Assembly (NCBI RefSeq): GCF_006345805.1
Contig: NC_043010.1
Coordinates: 16,492,001-16,556,000, forward strand
Length of the DNA stretch: 64,000 nt
Source: Octopus sinensis
Taxonomy: Eukaryota
Direction: 5' to 3'
Every line of letters begins with the position of its first letter. Position 1 is the stretch's first letter. The notes below the pieces were generated by a model, which worked only from the letters and a program-made list of their open reading frames with translations, made no database searches and was not told where the DNA came from. The position numbers and the translations under genes were made by a program. Shown here in pieces: positions 39,190-52,827 of the stretch.

Positions 39190-39615
39190 AGAGAGAGAGA
39201 GACCTTTGGTTGCCAAATGCGGTAAAAGCTCTCTGAACTTTTTCCATCCTATTCTTATTCTAGCAACAACACTTACTGTACAACCTCCTCCACTGCTAAT
39301 TAGGTCACCTCGGTAGCCAAAATTATCTACAACTTCCAGAGAGTTACTGGGATATTTGAGGAAATCAGTTTCTTGTGTATCTGTGGACTTTATGGCTCCC
39401 ATACACTTTCCACATACAAACAATACTTTCTCCGTTAACCTTCTTACTATTCCACTGCACCTCTTGTGTAGCCATAGCTTACACTGGGTATACTGAATGG
39501 AATTTCTGCCTCCACCCTTCCTACATATTGAGCAAGGCAATTTACTAGAAGGGTGACAGGTGCTGTCTGATTTCTTGTTTACTAGGACCTTGGTTGTGGC
39601 CAAGTTTACCATAAG
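39190..39615 (-). mobile_element. RTE LINE ORF2 fragment containing a PHD-like Cys cluster
   Basis: VNLATTKVL...PCSICRKG..NSIQYTQCKLWLHKRCSG...FVCGKC...LEVVDNFGYRGD...ARIRIGWKKFRELLP. Confidence 0.85.
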
Positions 39616-42152
39616 TTTTTTGGATTCTAGGTTTTTTTTCCACCTGGAATTTCTTTTCTAATTCTGTTACAGACTCTGCTTAATAATTCCAAGTGGGTTA
39701 TTACAACTGAACACAGACGATCATAAATCTGCTGGATGAGGGCTGGGAATAAACAACACCATGCAAAAAGTAGAACCTTTCAAAGAACTATTTTGTCATC
39801 ATTTTTATAGAGAATGGCTTACCTAGGCCTGAGCGCCTTGGTCCTTGTGGTCCTTCATCATCTGGCACTCCATAGCAACAGTGAAAAACCAGTTGTCTAT
39901 ATCAAGACTGTCATGCATCTTACAGGTGGATGCCTTTCCTAAAACCAACCACTTTACAATGTTTTATTATGCTACAAGTACCAAAGTGGACATCTGCAGC
40001 AGACTAGATTCCCCTTTATCTTCTATCAGTTCTAGATGGGTTGTGTGTGATGGGGAATACAAATTCCACATCTTCCGAGATATTCCTCTTTTCTTTTTTT
40101 TGGCTGCATATTCTTCTTATCAGTGGCTCCTTAAAAATGTGAACTGAGTATATTTTATATAAGGTGTGTGTGTGTAGGGGGTGGGGTGAAAACATTTTCC
40201 AATTCCCTTTAGTATTCCTCTAATACTTTCTGCCAGTGATATTTAAACATTTTAATTACTAATAATAATTAGGGTCATACAGAGAAAGGGAAAAAAATAT
40301 TTGGTTATTAATAAGGTAACACTTAGCTTAAGATAATTCCTTTTAGTATAAGCAGGACTGAAATTGTAGTTCACCATAATGGAAACAGTAAAACAGCATT
40401 CGTTTACTAATGTGTGTGTGTGTGTAATTTTTGTTTATTTTTTGGTATAAAATCATAAAAATGTTAGCAATGTAAAGAGTCTAATATCTATGCCTTCCTA
40501 CCTAAGGTAAACGGGTTCAAATATTACCTGGGCAATAAGAGATATATTGAAGAATGAATGCAAGGACTTAAAAAGAAGTTTCCTATTTTTTATAGACTCT
40601 AGTCTAATCTGAATCAAATGAAATGCAACTGGTGCTTGTCCAAATCACTTCATAGGAACTTGCCTAATCTTAACTGACTCTCACGAGGAGTAGCAATTGA
40701 CATCAAAGAACCTTTGATTACTTGAATGTGTAGCAAAATACAATTTGAGCCATCGACATCATTTCTTTTCAATCTTTTCCTCTAGAGACGATGATTCTGA
40801 TTTCTCTCAAATAATATCATCCTGTTTATCTAGTATATGTGTGTGTGTGTGAGAGAGAGATAGAATCAAACATTTCCCTAGGGTTGTTGGGTACAGAAAA
40901 GTTTGGAAACTTCTCTACCTTACAATCACTGTATCTTGTCATACATTTGTATGTGTGTGTGTTTGCGTGTCTATACATCTGGCGTAGTTGCCTGTAAATC
41001 TGTTTGTGTGTAGTAAAGCAAAAAGAAAGTGTACTTGAGTTTGTTTATCTGACATTTATACTATTTTTTTTAAGTATGTGTCTCTGTGTATGTCTGTGTA
41101 ATGTATCTAACTATCTTTTGTGTATTTACTTCTGTGTATGAGTATGACTGTGTACATTTGTCTCTTGATTGCTTTGTAAATAGTTTTCATGAAACATGGT
41201 GGATGTGTTTTGAATGGTGTCTTTCTTTGGTTGTGATCCTCTAATTAGGTTAGCAGTCAGCTGAAGTAGTCTACTATCACTGGGGCATAACATTAGATGT
41301 ATGTGTGTGGTAAGTCTCAGTAAGGCAGGACACCGAAGGCTGGTACTGCGGGGTGGGGGGGAAGAGCTGTTGATCTTTCTATACATAGAAACATTACTTC
41401 ATCAAAACCATTACACCAATATAAACTGTACTCATTGATGTGTGCTGTGTTGTTTCATGGTATGAGCTGAGCAATTTAGCCCCAAAATATTTCCTTCCAG
41501 CAAACTCCTCAATCCTTAAATCAGCCATATGTTCCATACATGTCTGTGATCCATCAAGTAAATTAAATCTCTGTCAGTCTTAAATACAAAGTTGTTATTT
41601 TAGTCTCACATTGACCCTTATTCTGTAAACAGATGATGAGAAGCATTCCAGCAATGACCATCCCATCTTTTATATGGGTGTCATGTATCTAATGCTACAT
41701 TATCTAAAGTTGGTGTAAGTACCCTATTTCTTAAAACAGTATGATTTAAAGAGAACTTAACTACTATCTCTAGCTGGTTGAGCTACTATGATGTATTGGG
41801 TAATGTTATCTGGAGTACATTATGCCAAAGAGAAAAAGACTGGATGGTCACATCTGGAATACAAGGATAGAGTCAATATGATGTAAAGCAACAACTACCC
41901 ACCTCCACTTAAATGTTCAATGCAGCATTATCATCAGTCCTCACCATCACATTAGTCATTACAGACACCCATCATCATCATCATCATCGTCACCATCACC
42001 ATCACCACCATCACCACTGCTAACCCCCTCCACCACGTCACTCCCACTCTATCCCCAACCCAAACCGCAACCTTATATCATTTCAAATTATTATTTGCAA
42101 CCGCAATTAAAACTGTTACTTCTTTCTCTTTCCATGTGCAGGTTGCAGCAGC

Positions 42153-42428
42153 ATGAGCAATGTGCACCATCCTCGGCGGCGCAAGCGACGGCCTATGAAT
42201 GGTGTTAAGACAGTGGATGTTATTCGCGGCACACTTGGCTACGGTTTCACAATTTCTGGTCAGGGCCCTTGTACCCTGAGTTGTATTGTAAGCGGAAGCC
42301 CCGCTGAAGCTATTGGTCTCAAACCTGGTGACTTCCTTCTGGCTGTTAATGGGGAGAATGTTTCCAAGGCACCACATGATGAGGTTGTGCGTATGATTGG
42401 CACTTCTGTGGGAACCCTTACTCTGCAG
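42153..42428 (+). CDS. RGS12: RGS12/loco-like, coding exon 1 (PDZ domain)
   Basis: VKTVDVIRGTLGYGFTISGQGPCTLSCIVSGSPAEAIGLKPGDFLLAVNGENVSKAPHDEVVRMIG (PDZ, GYGF loop); acceptor AG at 42140-42141, ATG 42153, donor CAG|GTAAGT; phase 0. Confidence 0.93.
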
Positions 42429-43090
42429 GTAAGTTTTTTGTTGTTGTTTAGCACCAGGGCAACCTGGATTGGGTAGGACTATGATCAAAGCTGTGCCAAC
42501 CATGGCCATCCTATTTAAGATTTTGTATTGACTACATTATCTAGTTTGTCTTTTCCTTTTCTAAGATGTTAATGTTTAGTTTGAGGGGGATTTGGTTGAT
42601 ATTTCTAGCTGGTTGATCAACCACAGTGAGGCTCCCATTTGTTGAAGGTGACAGTGGTGGATATTATGTTGCTTTTTCAATTTGATGCTAAAAGTGCTCC
42701 TTGGTTAGATGAGGTCAGGATGTGTAGCTTTTTAATTAGTATTTGACAGGTAATGATAACAAAACTAGTCAACCATGAGTAACATTCCTGAAAAAACCTG
42801 TCTTTGTATTAAACTGATTTCTGTACAAGGTCTTGCTCAGAAAGAGCCCAGAATACCTGCAACAGTTATGAATTTGGTAGTTCACTACGTTAATGAAGCT
42901 GGATTATTCTTACCTGTAAAAACAATGGAAGAACTCTCACTGTTACTCAGAATAATCCACTACAGTGTCTTTGGCTTACATATTTTTACTTATGCATTGA
43001 ACAAAAATCTCAGTTCACAATTTTATGCAAGACTTGAAAATTTTCTCAGACTTTTGGTATTTTATGTCCAATAACCTAAAACTCTTTTGA

Positions 43091-43305
43091 TCATCATCAT
43101 CATCATCGTTTAATGTCTGTTTTCCATGCTGGCATGGGCTGGATGGTTTGACTGGGGTCTGGGAAGCCAGGAGGCTGCACCAGGCCCCAATCTGATCTGG
43201 CAGTGTTTCTACAGCTGGATGCCCTTCCTAACACCAACCACTCCGTGAGTGTAGTGGGTGCTTTTTACGTGCCACCAGCACAGGGGCCAGAGGAGGCTGG
43301 CAAAC
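43091..43305 (-). mobile_element. RTE 3'UTR-only copy
   Basis: (CAT)n tail then CGTTTAATGTCTGTTTTCCATGCTGGCATGGG..., same family as 38700-38850. Confidence 0.8.
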
Positions 43306-44439
43306 ATATTGAAGGTTCTTGTAATATTTGTTGACAGCTTGGTTATCTCTCTCTTTCTCTCTCTCTCTCTCTTTTCCTCTCTTTTCTCTCTCTCTTTTCC
43401 TCTCTCTCTCCCCATCCCCGTCTCTCTGGTGTTTTGGTAGACATGAATGAAGTATATCGTTTATTGGATAGATGGCATGGGAAAATAGTTTTACAGACTA
43501 TTTTAGTGACTCCACTTAGGTTCTAAGAAATGAACCGGGTGGGGGACTGATCACTAGAAGTTTTTCCTCTTCCATGTTATGGTTGCAGGTGTGTGTGTGT
43601 GTGTGGTTAAGAAGCTTGCTTTGCTACCATCTGCTTTTGAGTTGGATTCCATAGTGCTGTGATTTAGGCAAATGTCATCTACCATAGCCTTGCGCTAACC
43701 AATCATTGATATTTGCTGGACAGAAATTGTGAAGTGGCCTATCATTTATACATTGTGTGTGTGTGGATTATTATAAGGTCAACAGTCCTTGACTAAACGA
43801 CTCAGAAAGTAGTTTGGTCTTTCTACCTTTGGTATTAAAATATTACCAGAGATGACTTAACTTTCACTCTTCTGAGTTCAGTAAAATAAATACCAGACAT
43901 GTACTGGGGTTTCCATACAAATTTATAGTCTTGAATCAGTCCCAGAAATCATTACTTTTGCTGTCTACATGCAGTGTTGTTCAGTAACTTCTTATTCTTG
44001 TTCTTTTGATGATTTCATTTGTTAGACTGTGGTCATATTTAGTCAACAACTTCAATGGTTTTAGTCTCTCCAAGTAATTGTTTGAATTTGATGGTTATTT
44101 TGTCAGTTTATGTGTCAAACTGTTATGTTGCAGACATTAAGGAACTCAATATCAACATAACGATGGTTGCTTAGATTGATGCAAATATCATCACGCACAA
44201 TTTCACACACATATATAATTCAAACACATACATATATATCTAACTTCCTAGCAAATTCCATTTTTGAGGTATCGGTTTATCTGAGGTGTTAGTAGAAAAC
44301 ACTTGCTCAAGGTACTGTGCTATGGGATCAAACCTGAGCTTGTGGTTGTGAGGGGAGCTTCTTAAACCAAATGCCTTCAGCCATGTTACTTAATGCTATA
44401 TCCAGTCTGTCTACATTTTATCTTTCTTTCTTTCTGCAG

Positions 44440-46425
44440 GTAGCTGAAAATGTCAACAACTCTGATTCTTCAGATGAAGATATTCCACAACGGCAGAAAT
44501 TCCGACACCCACATCGTTCACGACCTCGACAAGTTGGTGCAAACCGAGTTTTGAAAGATCATAACAGTCAACAAGTGGAACAGGTCACTGCCACTGCTGT
44601 CAAGAAGAAACCACAGATTTCAGAAAGCTTACAGTCAGCTGCCCTTCTTAAACAAAAGCCTCCAACTGGTGCTGGGAGACGAAATGTTTGGGACCAGGAG
44701 AATACAGGTTTCACAATGCAGGAACCCAATTTAGCTTTTAGAAATGTTTATTTGAATTCTCACACATCACATTTCAATAATGTCCAGAAGGTAGATAAAA
44801 CTGATTGGGTCCAGAAAACTGTCACAAACCCAGCTGATGGTCAGACTGCATCAAATGCAGAGCTTTCCAATAGATTGCATGCAACCAGGAGTTCTCGCAG
44901 CGGAAGGCAGTCTGCTCCATGCAATATTGCAATGTCTGTCGACCCAGAAGAATCTGAAGAAGAATGGTCCATCCAGTGTGACCCAAATGCTGATAAACAC
45001 TTTGTTGTTGGTTATGTTGGAACCATCGAGATGCCTGGTGACAAAAATTCCCAGCATGCTCGGTTGCAGTCCTTTCATAATGCAGTACGCAGGTTGAGAC
45101 TTGAGAAGAAGATTCACACACTTGTTGCTTTAACAATCTCAGTAAATGGTGTGAAACTGACAAATGCTGTGCGTAAGGTCCTGGCTGTGTACCCCGTGCA
45201 CAGGATTATGTTTTGTGGCATCTGTCCTGATGACAACCTCTATTTTGGTATTGTAACTTCAAATTGTTCGAGTGATGGAAATGAATCCATAAGACTGGAG
45301 TATGCCCCTAGTTTCTCTTGTCATGTGTTTAAAGTAAATACTGACATTCAGGCACATTACATGCATGCACAGAAAGCTCGTGTCTTTCAGTTTGAATGCA
45401 CTCGCAGCCGAGACTTACGCCGTTGCTTTGAGTTTCCCCAAACTGCACTTCCAGTCATTGAGCCGATCTCTGCCCTTTATAGAGACAGACAGAACAGTCA
45501 AGACAATTTCCCCATCACTCAAGTATTTAATGAACCATCCGTCACTCCAGTTCAGAATGTTGCTGTAAACAGCAGCGTCAGCAGCAGCAGCAGTAGCTGT
45601 AGTAATAGTGACAGTGGTCTTGGTTTTGGAAGGGATGACTCCCGTAATGAAGCCGTGTTTGTGGTTGACATGAACCAGTTACCTAATGATCAATACAGAA
45701 TGACCAATGGCAACATGAACAGACATTCTCTCCCGTCACAATCTCTCCATCAACATTTGTCTCCATCTGTCGATACAATGCCCACCCCACAATCTGCGTT
45801 CCGTTCAACCAGTGCCGCAAACATGCATGCCCAAACCAAAATCATTTCCAATAACGAAGACCCAAAACAAGGTCGTTTGACTCTAAGAGCCATGCCTGAC
45901 CCTGTCTTGGATTTACCATCTCCTTTTGAGCAGCCAATCTGCAGCAACACAAAAGTTTCTGACCAAAATTCAAGCACTACAGGCATTCTTTCATACAAGT
46001 ATCGTTCCAAGCAGGGTGTGGAACACAGATCTCGGAGCCGAGAAACAGTTTCCAAAATGAATTCTACCAATCAACAACGTTTGTCTTCAGTGGAACGTAA
46101 GTTTGAACCCCGTCCACTGTCAGCCCCTTATCACCAACTTTCCAATGGGAAATTGACTGTTGTCAATTGTTCTTCAAATACTGACTTTCTTGATGATAAA
46201 TTGAGTCCCAGGGCAACTCCTTGTAATTCCAAATTTAAAATTAGGTCACCATCAGCACCTCCACCAGGCTGTGCTACTGTTGAAGACTCAGAATTTGAGC
46301 AGAATGTTCGGCGCCCTCTTGAGGAGATATTTGCAATATTCGACTGTGACCGAAATTCAGAAACTTCTGTTGAATCTGCAACTGTTCGGAGGTTTTCAGA
46401 AGGTTTTGCTGCGAAGCTCAACAAG
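44440..46425 (+). CDS. RGS12: RGS12/loco-like, coding exon 2 (PTB domain and long low-complexity linker)
   Basis: 662 codons open; VGYVGTIEMP...VRRLRLEKKIHTLV...FCGICPDDNLYFGIVT...SCHVFKV...FQFECT...CFEFP and SNSDSGLG match the RGS12 PTB region; acceptor TTCTGCAG, donor AAG|GTAGGC; phase 0. Confidence 0.95.
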
Positions 46426-46921
46426 GTAGGCTACAAAATTTGAATTTTGTTGTCAGTTTTATTATTTTCTGCTTAACTGTTAATAAGGTGGCCACAACTC
46501 AAGAGTACCAAAATCTTGTGAGTAGTGAATAGTTGGGAGTTCTAATAGTTGCTAACTTGAGGAAACAAATGGCTTAGGATTGGAAACTTGACAATTTTAG
46601 AGTATGGGTCCAGATATTCTGTGATAATTGGCAGTCCAGAATAAGAAAGATATACTGACTCCAAGTCCAGTCTGGAGCAACTAGGAAAATTTATTTTGCT
46701 GGACATTTTAGTTGATGATAACTAATGGCTATGAGTTTAATAGTAGTTCTCAGTCTTGGATATCTTTCATTGCTCTTATTCTGTTCCTACTTGTATTTCA
46801 ATTGATCTGAAGACTAAGAGAATATATTTTTTCATTAATTTGGGAGAGTTGTACCTCCTTATTGTACGTATTGTATAAGTAATCAGATTTGATCATTGGG
46901 AATTAAATATGTTAACTTTAA

Positions 46922-47140
46922 CCCTTTAGTGTTCAGATTATTCTATCAAACATAATGCTTATTGATTCCCATTGATTTGAATTAATCATGCATTATCTCA
47001 GATCTTCAAGATGTTGATGGTGTAATTACTTAATGTAGAATAACATTGTAGGGTAGGTGTGAGAGCCTGGATCTGGTCAGTTTGAACACAAAACAGATTA
47101 TCTATTTTGGCCGGATATGGCCGGTTTAAATACTAAAGGG
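46922..47140. mobile_element. piggyBac-type MITE (219 bp)
   Basis: TTAA|CCCTTTAGT...ACTAAAGGG|TTAA. Confidence 0.8.
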
Positions 47141-47500
47141 TTAAATAAGGTGTTTATCCTTTAGCCAGCTGACTAACACAGTATTGTCAGAACCAATTGT
47201 AACTCCCAATTTCAATAAAAGATTGACAACCTTCCAATATCGGTTCTTGCTATTACCTCTAACGTGTGTCCCCATTCAACTGGCCTTGCTGCCTCTTGCA
47301 AGCTGACTCTCATATGCAGTCACATTCTCTTTCTCACTCCAACCCACACTCTAGGAGATCCTCTTATCTAAAACAGAAGAGAATAAGTTTTGTCTGTTTA
47401 CTCCTTTTCCCTTTACTCAATGTTCTTCTATTTGTTTATTAATATGTATATCAATTTTCTTTAATTAAATCATTAACTGATTAATTTCTGTTTATGTCAG

Positions 47501-47602
47501 GCTGATTCTAAACCACCAATTAATAGTAGTGGTACACATAAATGGAAGAAAGTGGGATCATTTCGACGACCGAAAATATCCAAGTTGAGTCATTCTCATG
47601 AG
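47501..47602 (+). CDS. RGS12: RGS12/loco-like, coding exon 3 (not in the ORF track)
   Basis: TTTATGTCAG|GCTGAT...CATGAG|GTTAGT; 34 codons ADSKPPINSSGTHKWKKVGSFRRPKISKLSHSHE, phase 0-0, in frame with both neighbours. Confidence 0.75.
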
Positions 47603-47937
47603 GTTAGTGTTTAAAAGTTGTTTACATGAATATATTAAATTTGTTTAGTTTTTCTTAGTCTTCGAGGTTTATCTCAATCCATGGGACAGAATTGCATTAA
47701 TTTATGATCCATGTTAAAAATTGCTGTCTTAATTTTCCATCAGAACATCACAGAAAGAAGATAAAGTAGAATACATGATTTGACCCCAGGACTTATTCTT
47801 TATAAGCTTAGTACTTTAGTACTTATTCTAACACTGTCTTTTGTCAAACCTATAAGTTATGGGGACATAAACACACCAACATCAGTTGTCAAGTGATGTT
47901 GGTGGGGACAAACACAGATACATACACACAAATTCAT

Positions 47938-47975
<38 letters not shown>

Positions 47976-48160
47976 CAGGCTTCTTTCAGTTTCTGTCTAC
48001 CAAACCCACTCACAAGGCTTTGGCTGGCCTCAGGTTATAGTAGAAGACACCTGCCCAAGGTACCATGCAGTGGGATTAAACCTGCAACAATGTAGTTGGG
48101 AAGCTACCTTCTTACTACACAGCCATGCTGCCTACACCAATATATATATATATATACATA

Positions 48161-48520
48161 TCTCTTATATAAAATCCGTTCTGTCTGTCTGTATGTATGT
48201 GTGGCTTCTACGATCTCAGGCATCCTCTGTTCAATTGCACTCAAATTTGATATATAGATACCAATGGTATCAGGACATGTATAAGTCTTGAAAAATTACG
48301 GAAATCGATTCCAGGTGAGAATGCGATCGATAAAGCCATGGGAAATCATTTTTCTTTGGAATAGAAAAAAAGTCTATCTTTATTTCTTCTTTTGCTGGTG
48401 TCTCAAATTCAGGTTAAATCAGTGTTTCTCAAAGGGGAGGCCTTTGGGACGGTCGGACAAGTTGGTTTGAGAAAATTTGGTTTAAATGTTTGACAACTCA
48501 GCACCGTCCATTGGACGGGG
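48161..48520 (+). mobile_element. Non-autonomous Helitron-like element
   Basis: A|TCTCTTATATAAAATCCGTTCTGTCTGTCTGT 5' end; hairpin CCGTCCA-T-TGGACGG (48504-48518); expected CTAG end replaced by a G run. Confidence 0.55.
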
Positions 48521-48541
48521 GGGGGGGGGGGGCGTTTTGCT

Positions 48542-48591
<50 letters not shown>

Positions 48592-48915
48592 ACGTGGCTC
48601 AGTGGTTAGAGCGTCAACCTTATGATCGTGAGGTTGTGAGTTCGAATCCTGGATCGGGCTGTGTGCTGTGTTCTTGAAAAGACGCTTAATTTCATGTTGC
48701 TCCAATTCACTCAGCTGTAGAAATGAGTTGTAATGTCACTGATGCCAAGCTGTATCGGCCTTTGCCTTTCCCTTGGATAACACTGGTGGCATGGAGAGGG
48801 GAGGCCGGTATGCATGGGCGACTGCTGGTCTTCTATAAAAACAACCTTGCCCAGATTTGTACCTGGGAGGGTAACTTTCTAGGTGAAATCCCATGGTCAG
48901 TCATGACTGAAGGAG
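48592..48915 (+). mobile_element. tRNA-derived SINE (second family)
   Basis: GTGGCTCAGTGGTTAGAGCG...GAGTTCGAATCC A/B boxes followed by SINE body; not a tRNA (no acceptor stem). Confidence 0.8.
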
Positions 48916-48957
48916 ATCTCAGCAATTTATACATACATATATTTATTTATATATATA

Positions 48958-50219
48958 TTGGGTTGTCCAGAAGTTTGTGCCGATTTTTAAAGGAAAGAAA
49001 AAGGTCAATAAATACTTGCCATTACATTTTTATTCAACAAAATATGAACCGTTTTGTTGCACAATGCCTCTCCATCTTTCCTTTAACTTGAAAATACCCG
49101 CTTCCAAGAATTGAGGTGGTTTCATGGCAAAGAATTCATCAAGGTATCTTTTTACATCATCCAAGGAATTGAAATTTTACCATTAAGACTATTATACAGA
49201 GACCTGAATAAATGGAAATCCAAAGGAGCAATATCTGGTGAATATGGAGGGTTGGGTAACAAATCCCAGCCGAGCTGCAGCAATTTTTGTCTGGTTCCCA
49301 AAGAAACGTGCGGTCTTGCATTGTCATGTTGGAAGACAACTCCCTTCCTGTTGGCCAATTGTGGATGTTTCTCTTGAATTGCTGCTTTTAACTCATCCAG
49401 TTGTGTGCAGTATTTCTCAGAATTAATTGTCTGGTTACTTGGGAGAAGGTCATAGTACAGAATTCCTTTCCAATCGCACCAGACACAAAGCAAGACTTTT
49501 TTAGGGTGAAGACCCGCTTTGTGGGTGGCTAAGGGTAGCTCATGTTGCTTACTCCAGGATCGCTTTCTCTAAACGTTTTGGTAGATAATCTATTTCTCAT
49601 CACCTGTCACAATTTGTTTTAAAAAAGGCACGTTTTCATTCCGTTTATAAAGCGAATCACAGATGGAAATGCGATCAAAAAGGTTCTTCTCACTGAACTC
49701 ATGTGGTCCCCAAACATCGTAGCGATTTGTCTACCCAAGCTTTACCAGGTGCTCATGAACGACAGATTTTGATAGGTTGAGGCTTTCTGTCAATTCTCGG
49801 GTTGCGCAATGTTGGTTATTCTCAATTAATGACTTGATTTGGTCATCATCTGTAGTGGATGATCTGCCTGATTGATCTTTATCAATAAGGCTACAATCTC
49901 CAGCTCAGAACCTTGCGAACCACTTCTGTACAGTTCTTTCTGATAAAGACATCTCCGTAAACTGCGCATATTTCTTTGGTTGTTTGTGAGGCGTTTTTCC
50001 CTTTACAGAAAAAGAAAAGCATCAAGTGCCAGAAATGAACTTTCTTATCTTCCATTATAAAGGGTTACAGAATTAACACAAGTTATAGGAACATAAACCT
50101 TCTTTCATGAAAAGATAGCTTAAACTGTGCTCTAAATGGAGGTGTAGCCAAATCCTATTTTATGGACTCAACCATGTTCTGAAATAAGTCGAAAAGTAAG
50201 CTACTATAAATCAGCACGG
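48958..50219 (-). mobile_element. Mariner (Tc1/mariner, DD34D) transposon, decayed
   Basis: TA|TTGGGTTGTCCAGAAGTTTGTGCCGATTT TIR; start MEDKKVHFWHLMLFFFCKGKNA at 50055; motifs WGPHE, VTGDEK*, HDNARPH, PPYSPDIAPLDFHLFRSL; other TIR truncated near 50205-50219. Confidence 0.92.
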
Positions 50220-50911
50220 ATGATGCATCCCAAAGCATCTGTGAGACATGTCTTGGAATGTGTATTGTGTATACACACACACATCCTGCATGGAAAATGG
50301 ATGTTTAATGATCATTATGATGATAATATATATATATATAGGGGCAGAGATATGGCTGTGATTAAGAAGCTTGCTTCCTAGCGATATGTTTTTTGGTTTA
50401 GTTCCACTACTTTCCGCCTTGGCAAATGTTTTCCACTACAAACTCAGGTCAAACAAAGCCTTGTGAGTGGATTTAGTGGATGGAAACTGAAAGAAGCCCA
50501 TCTTCCACAGAAGATTAATAATAAAGGAGACTGCTTCTATAATGGTGATGCTTGTCTACTCACACACACGTGTGTGAGTGTGTGTGTGTGTGTGTGCATA
50601 TGTCTGCTTCTGTTGACATTATGCCATAGTTGTGAATGAGTGTCACCATTATAGAAATGGTGTCCTTCATCACCAATTTTCCATGGAAACCTGTTTGACC
50701 CTGAGGAAATACCAACCTAACTTGGAAACAGAAAAGGATGAGCAGAAAGTAGAGTATCCAGGTGTAGAAAATCTGCCACAGGGAATTCTGTCTGACCCAA
50801 GGAAGCTTGGAAAAAGTGGATGTTAAAATAGTGCTGTTGATGATGATATATAGATGTGTGTGTGTGTCTGTCTCTTTCTCTCTCTCTCTCCATATGTATA
50901 TTATATTTACA

Positions 50912-50949
<38 letters not shown>

Positions 50950-51069
50950 AATATAATATGTGACAATTATTCGGTAGCCATGATTAAATTCCGAGTTTCA
51001 TATGTTGGGGCAGAAACCCACACCAGCATCTCGTCAGTTATCAGGCCATTGGAAAAAATGCTATGAAAT

Positions 51070-51785
51070 TCATCATCGTTTAACGTCCGCTTTCCATGCT
51101 AGCATGTGTTGGACCATTTGACTGTGGACTAGCGAACCAGATAGCTGCACCAGGCTCCAAACTGATCTGGCAGAGTTTCTACAGCTAGATTCCCTTCCTA
51201 ACGCCAACCACTCTGAGAGTGTAGTGCGTGCTTTTAAGTGCCACCGGCACGAGGGCCAGTCAGGCGGTACTGGCAACAGCTGTGCTCATATGGTGTTTTT
51301 TATGTGCCACTTGCACAGGAGCCAGTCCAGTGGCACTGGCAACAACCTCGCTTGAATGTTTTTTTCACGTGCCACCAGCACAAGTGCCAGTAAGGCGACA
51401 CTGGTAATGATCACGCTCGAATGGTGCTTTTTACATGCCACCAGCATGGAAGCCAGTCAGCTGCTCTGGCAACGATCACGCTCGGATGGTGCTCTTAGCG
51501 CTCCACTAGCACGGATGCCAGTCATCGAATTTGATTTCGATGCTTGAGAAGAAGACCCATCAAAACCAAGTAAAATTGCAGTCATGGCAGGTATTGGTGT
51601 CACATAAATGGCACCTGTGCTGGTGGCACATAAAAGCATCTATTACACTCTCAGAGTGGTTGGCATTTGGAAGGGCACCCAACCATAGAAAACCATGCCA
51701 AATCAGACTGGAGTCTGGTGCAGCCTTCCAGCTTGCCAACCCTGGTCAAACCCTCCAACCCATGCCAGCTAAATGACGATGATGG
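51070..51785. mobile_element. Two RTE 3' ends back-to-back (51070-51540 minus, 51540-51785 plus)
   Basis: (CAT)n tail at the left end and GATGATG tail at the right end; the shared 3'UTR blocks are reverse complements. Confidence 0.75.
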
Positions 51786-52827
51786 TGATATATACACACA
51801 CACAAATGTCTATGATATTGTGAGCTTTGTCTCTACATGTGTGTGGGGGGCAGGTAATAAATGTTGTCATAAAGACAACATTATGTTAAATCATTCAAGT
51901 CTCGGCTTGTCTGTAACCCCCACCAACCCCACTTTTCTCCTGTTTCTTTTTTTTTTTTCTTTCACTTGATATATTGTCAACCTGGGTGCATGTGTATATA
52001 TGTTTTGTGATGGAATGTCTTAGTGCATACCCATACATCCTTTCTGCTCTCCAGCTGTCCTTGTTTATTTTATGATCCCTGTTTCCAAAGGAAAAACTGC
52101 CAGACTACCTTCTATCACTCCACGCTCTCTCTCCTGACATAGCTATACAAACATTGACTCCATGCTGCTGCTGCTGCACTTGTTGCTGCTGCACTTGCTG
52201 CTGTCACTGTTGTTTCTAAATTTGTTAATTTATTACATTATTAATTCAACAAAATATTAATTAAATAATGGACTAATTATAACAATAACAATTAACTATA
52301 ACAACAGTCATTCATTATAAAAGCAGCAGTTAATTATGATACCAACATTTGATTTTAACAGTAACAATTAATTAAAATAGCAGCAGTGTCGTTAAGCATC
52401 CTTCATTAAAATTCTACATAATATGTTCAAATCATCATAAGACAGTGTATCTCTGGTGGAATGGCTGAGGATACCAGAGTTGACTGAAATTATATAAAAA
52501 GGTGCAATGCATGGCTGTATGATTAAGAACTTTGCCATGTATCCATGTGGTTCCAGGATCAATTCCACTTTACAGAACCTTGAGCATGTATTTTCTCATA
52601 TAACTTTGGGTCAACCAATGCACAATGAGTGGAATGTTAATCAGTGGAAACTTTTGAGCTTCCATTATGTATTCATGTGTACATGCATGCATGTGTATGT
52701 GTGTGTGGTTGCATACATATATATATCATCATCATCATCATCGTTTAACGTCCGCTTTCCATGTTGGCATGGCTTGGGCGATTTGACTGGGGACTGGTGA
52801 GTCAGATGGCTGCACCAGGCTCGCAAA

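Noticed and set aside
44371-44439. ATG at 44371 as start of a 690-aa single-exon protein
   Set aside because: The first 23 codons are the intron's polypyrimidine tract; the acceptor at 44439 joins the PDZ exon in frame.
44822-46424. Overlapping alternative-frame and antisense ORFs in the large exon
   Set aside because: Shadows of the real coding frame, with no recognisable motifs.
48518-48534. G-run as a functional G-quadruplex
   Set aside because: A single homopolymer at a Helitron end; could be a sequencing or assembly artefact.
48592-48665. tRNA gene-like sequence (also 11110, 7750, 57200)
   Set aside because: A/B boxes are present, but there is no closing acceptor stem and a SINE body follows.
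49152-49493. Domesticated SETMAR-like gene
   Set aside because: The transposase has stops and frameshifts (e.g. TGDEK*), retains a TIR, and there is no SET-domain exon nearby.
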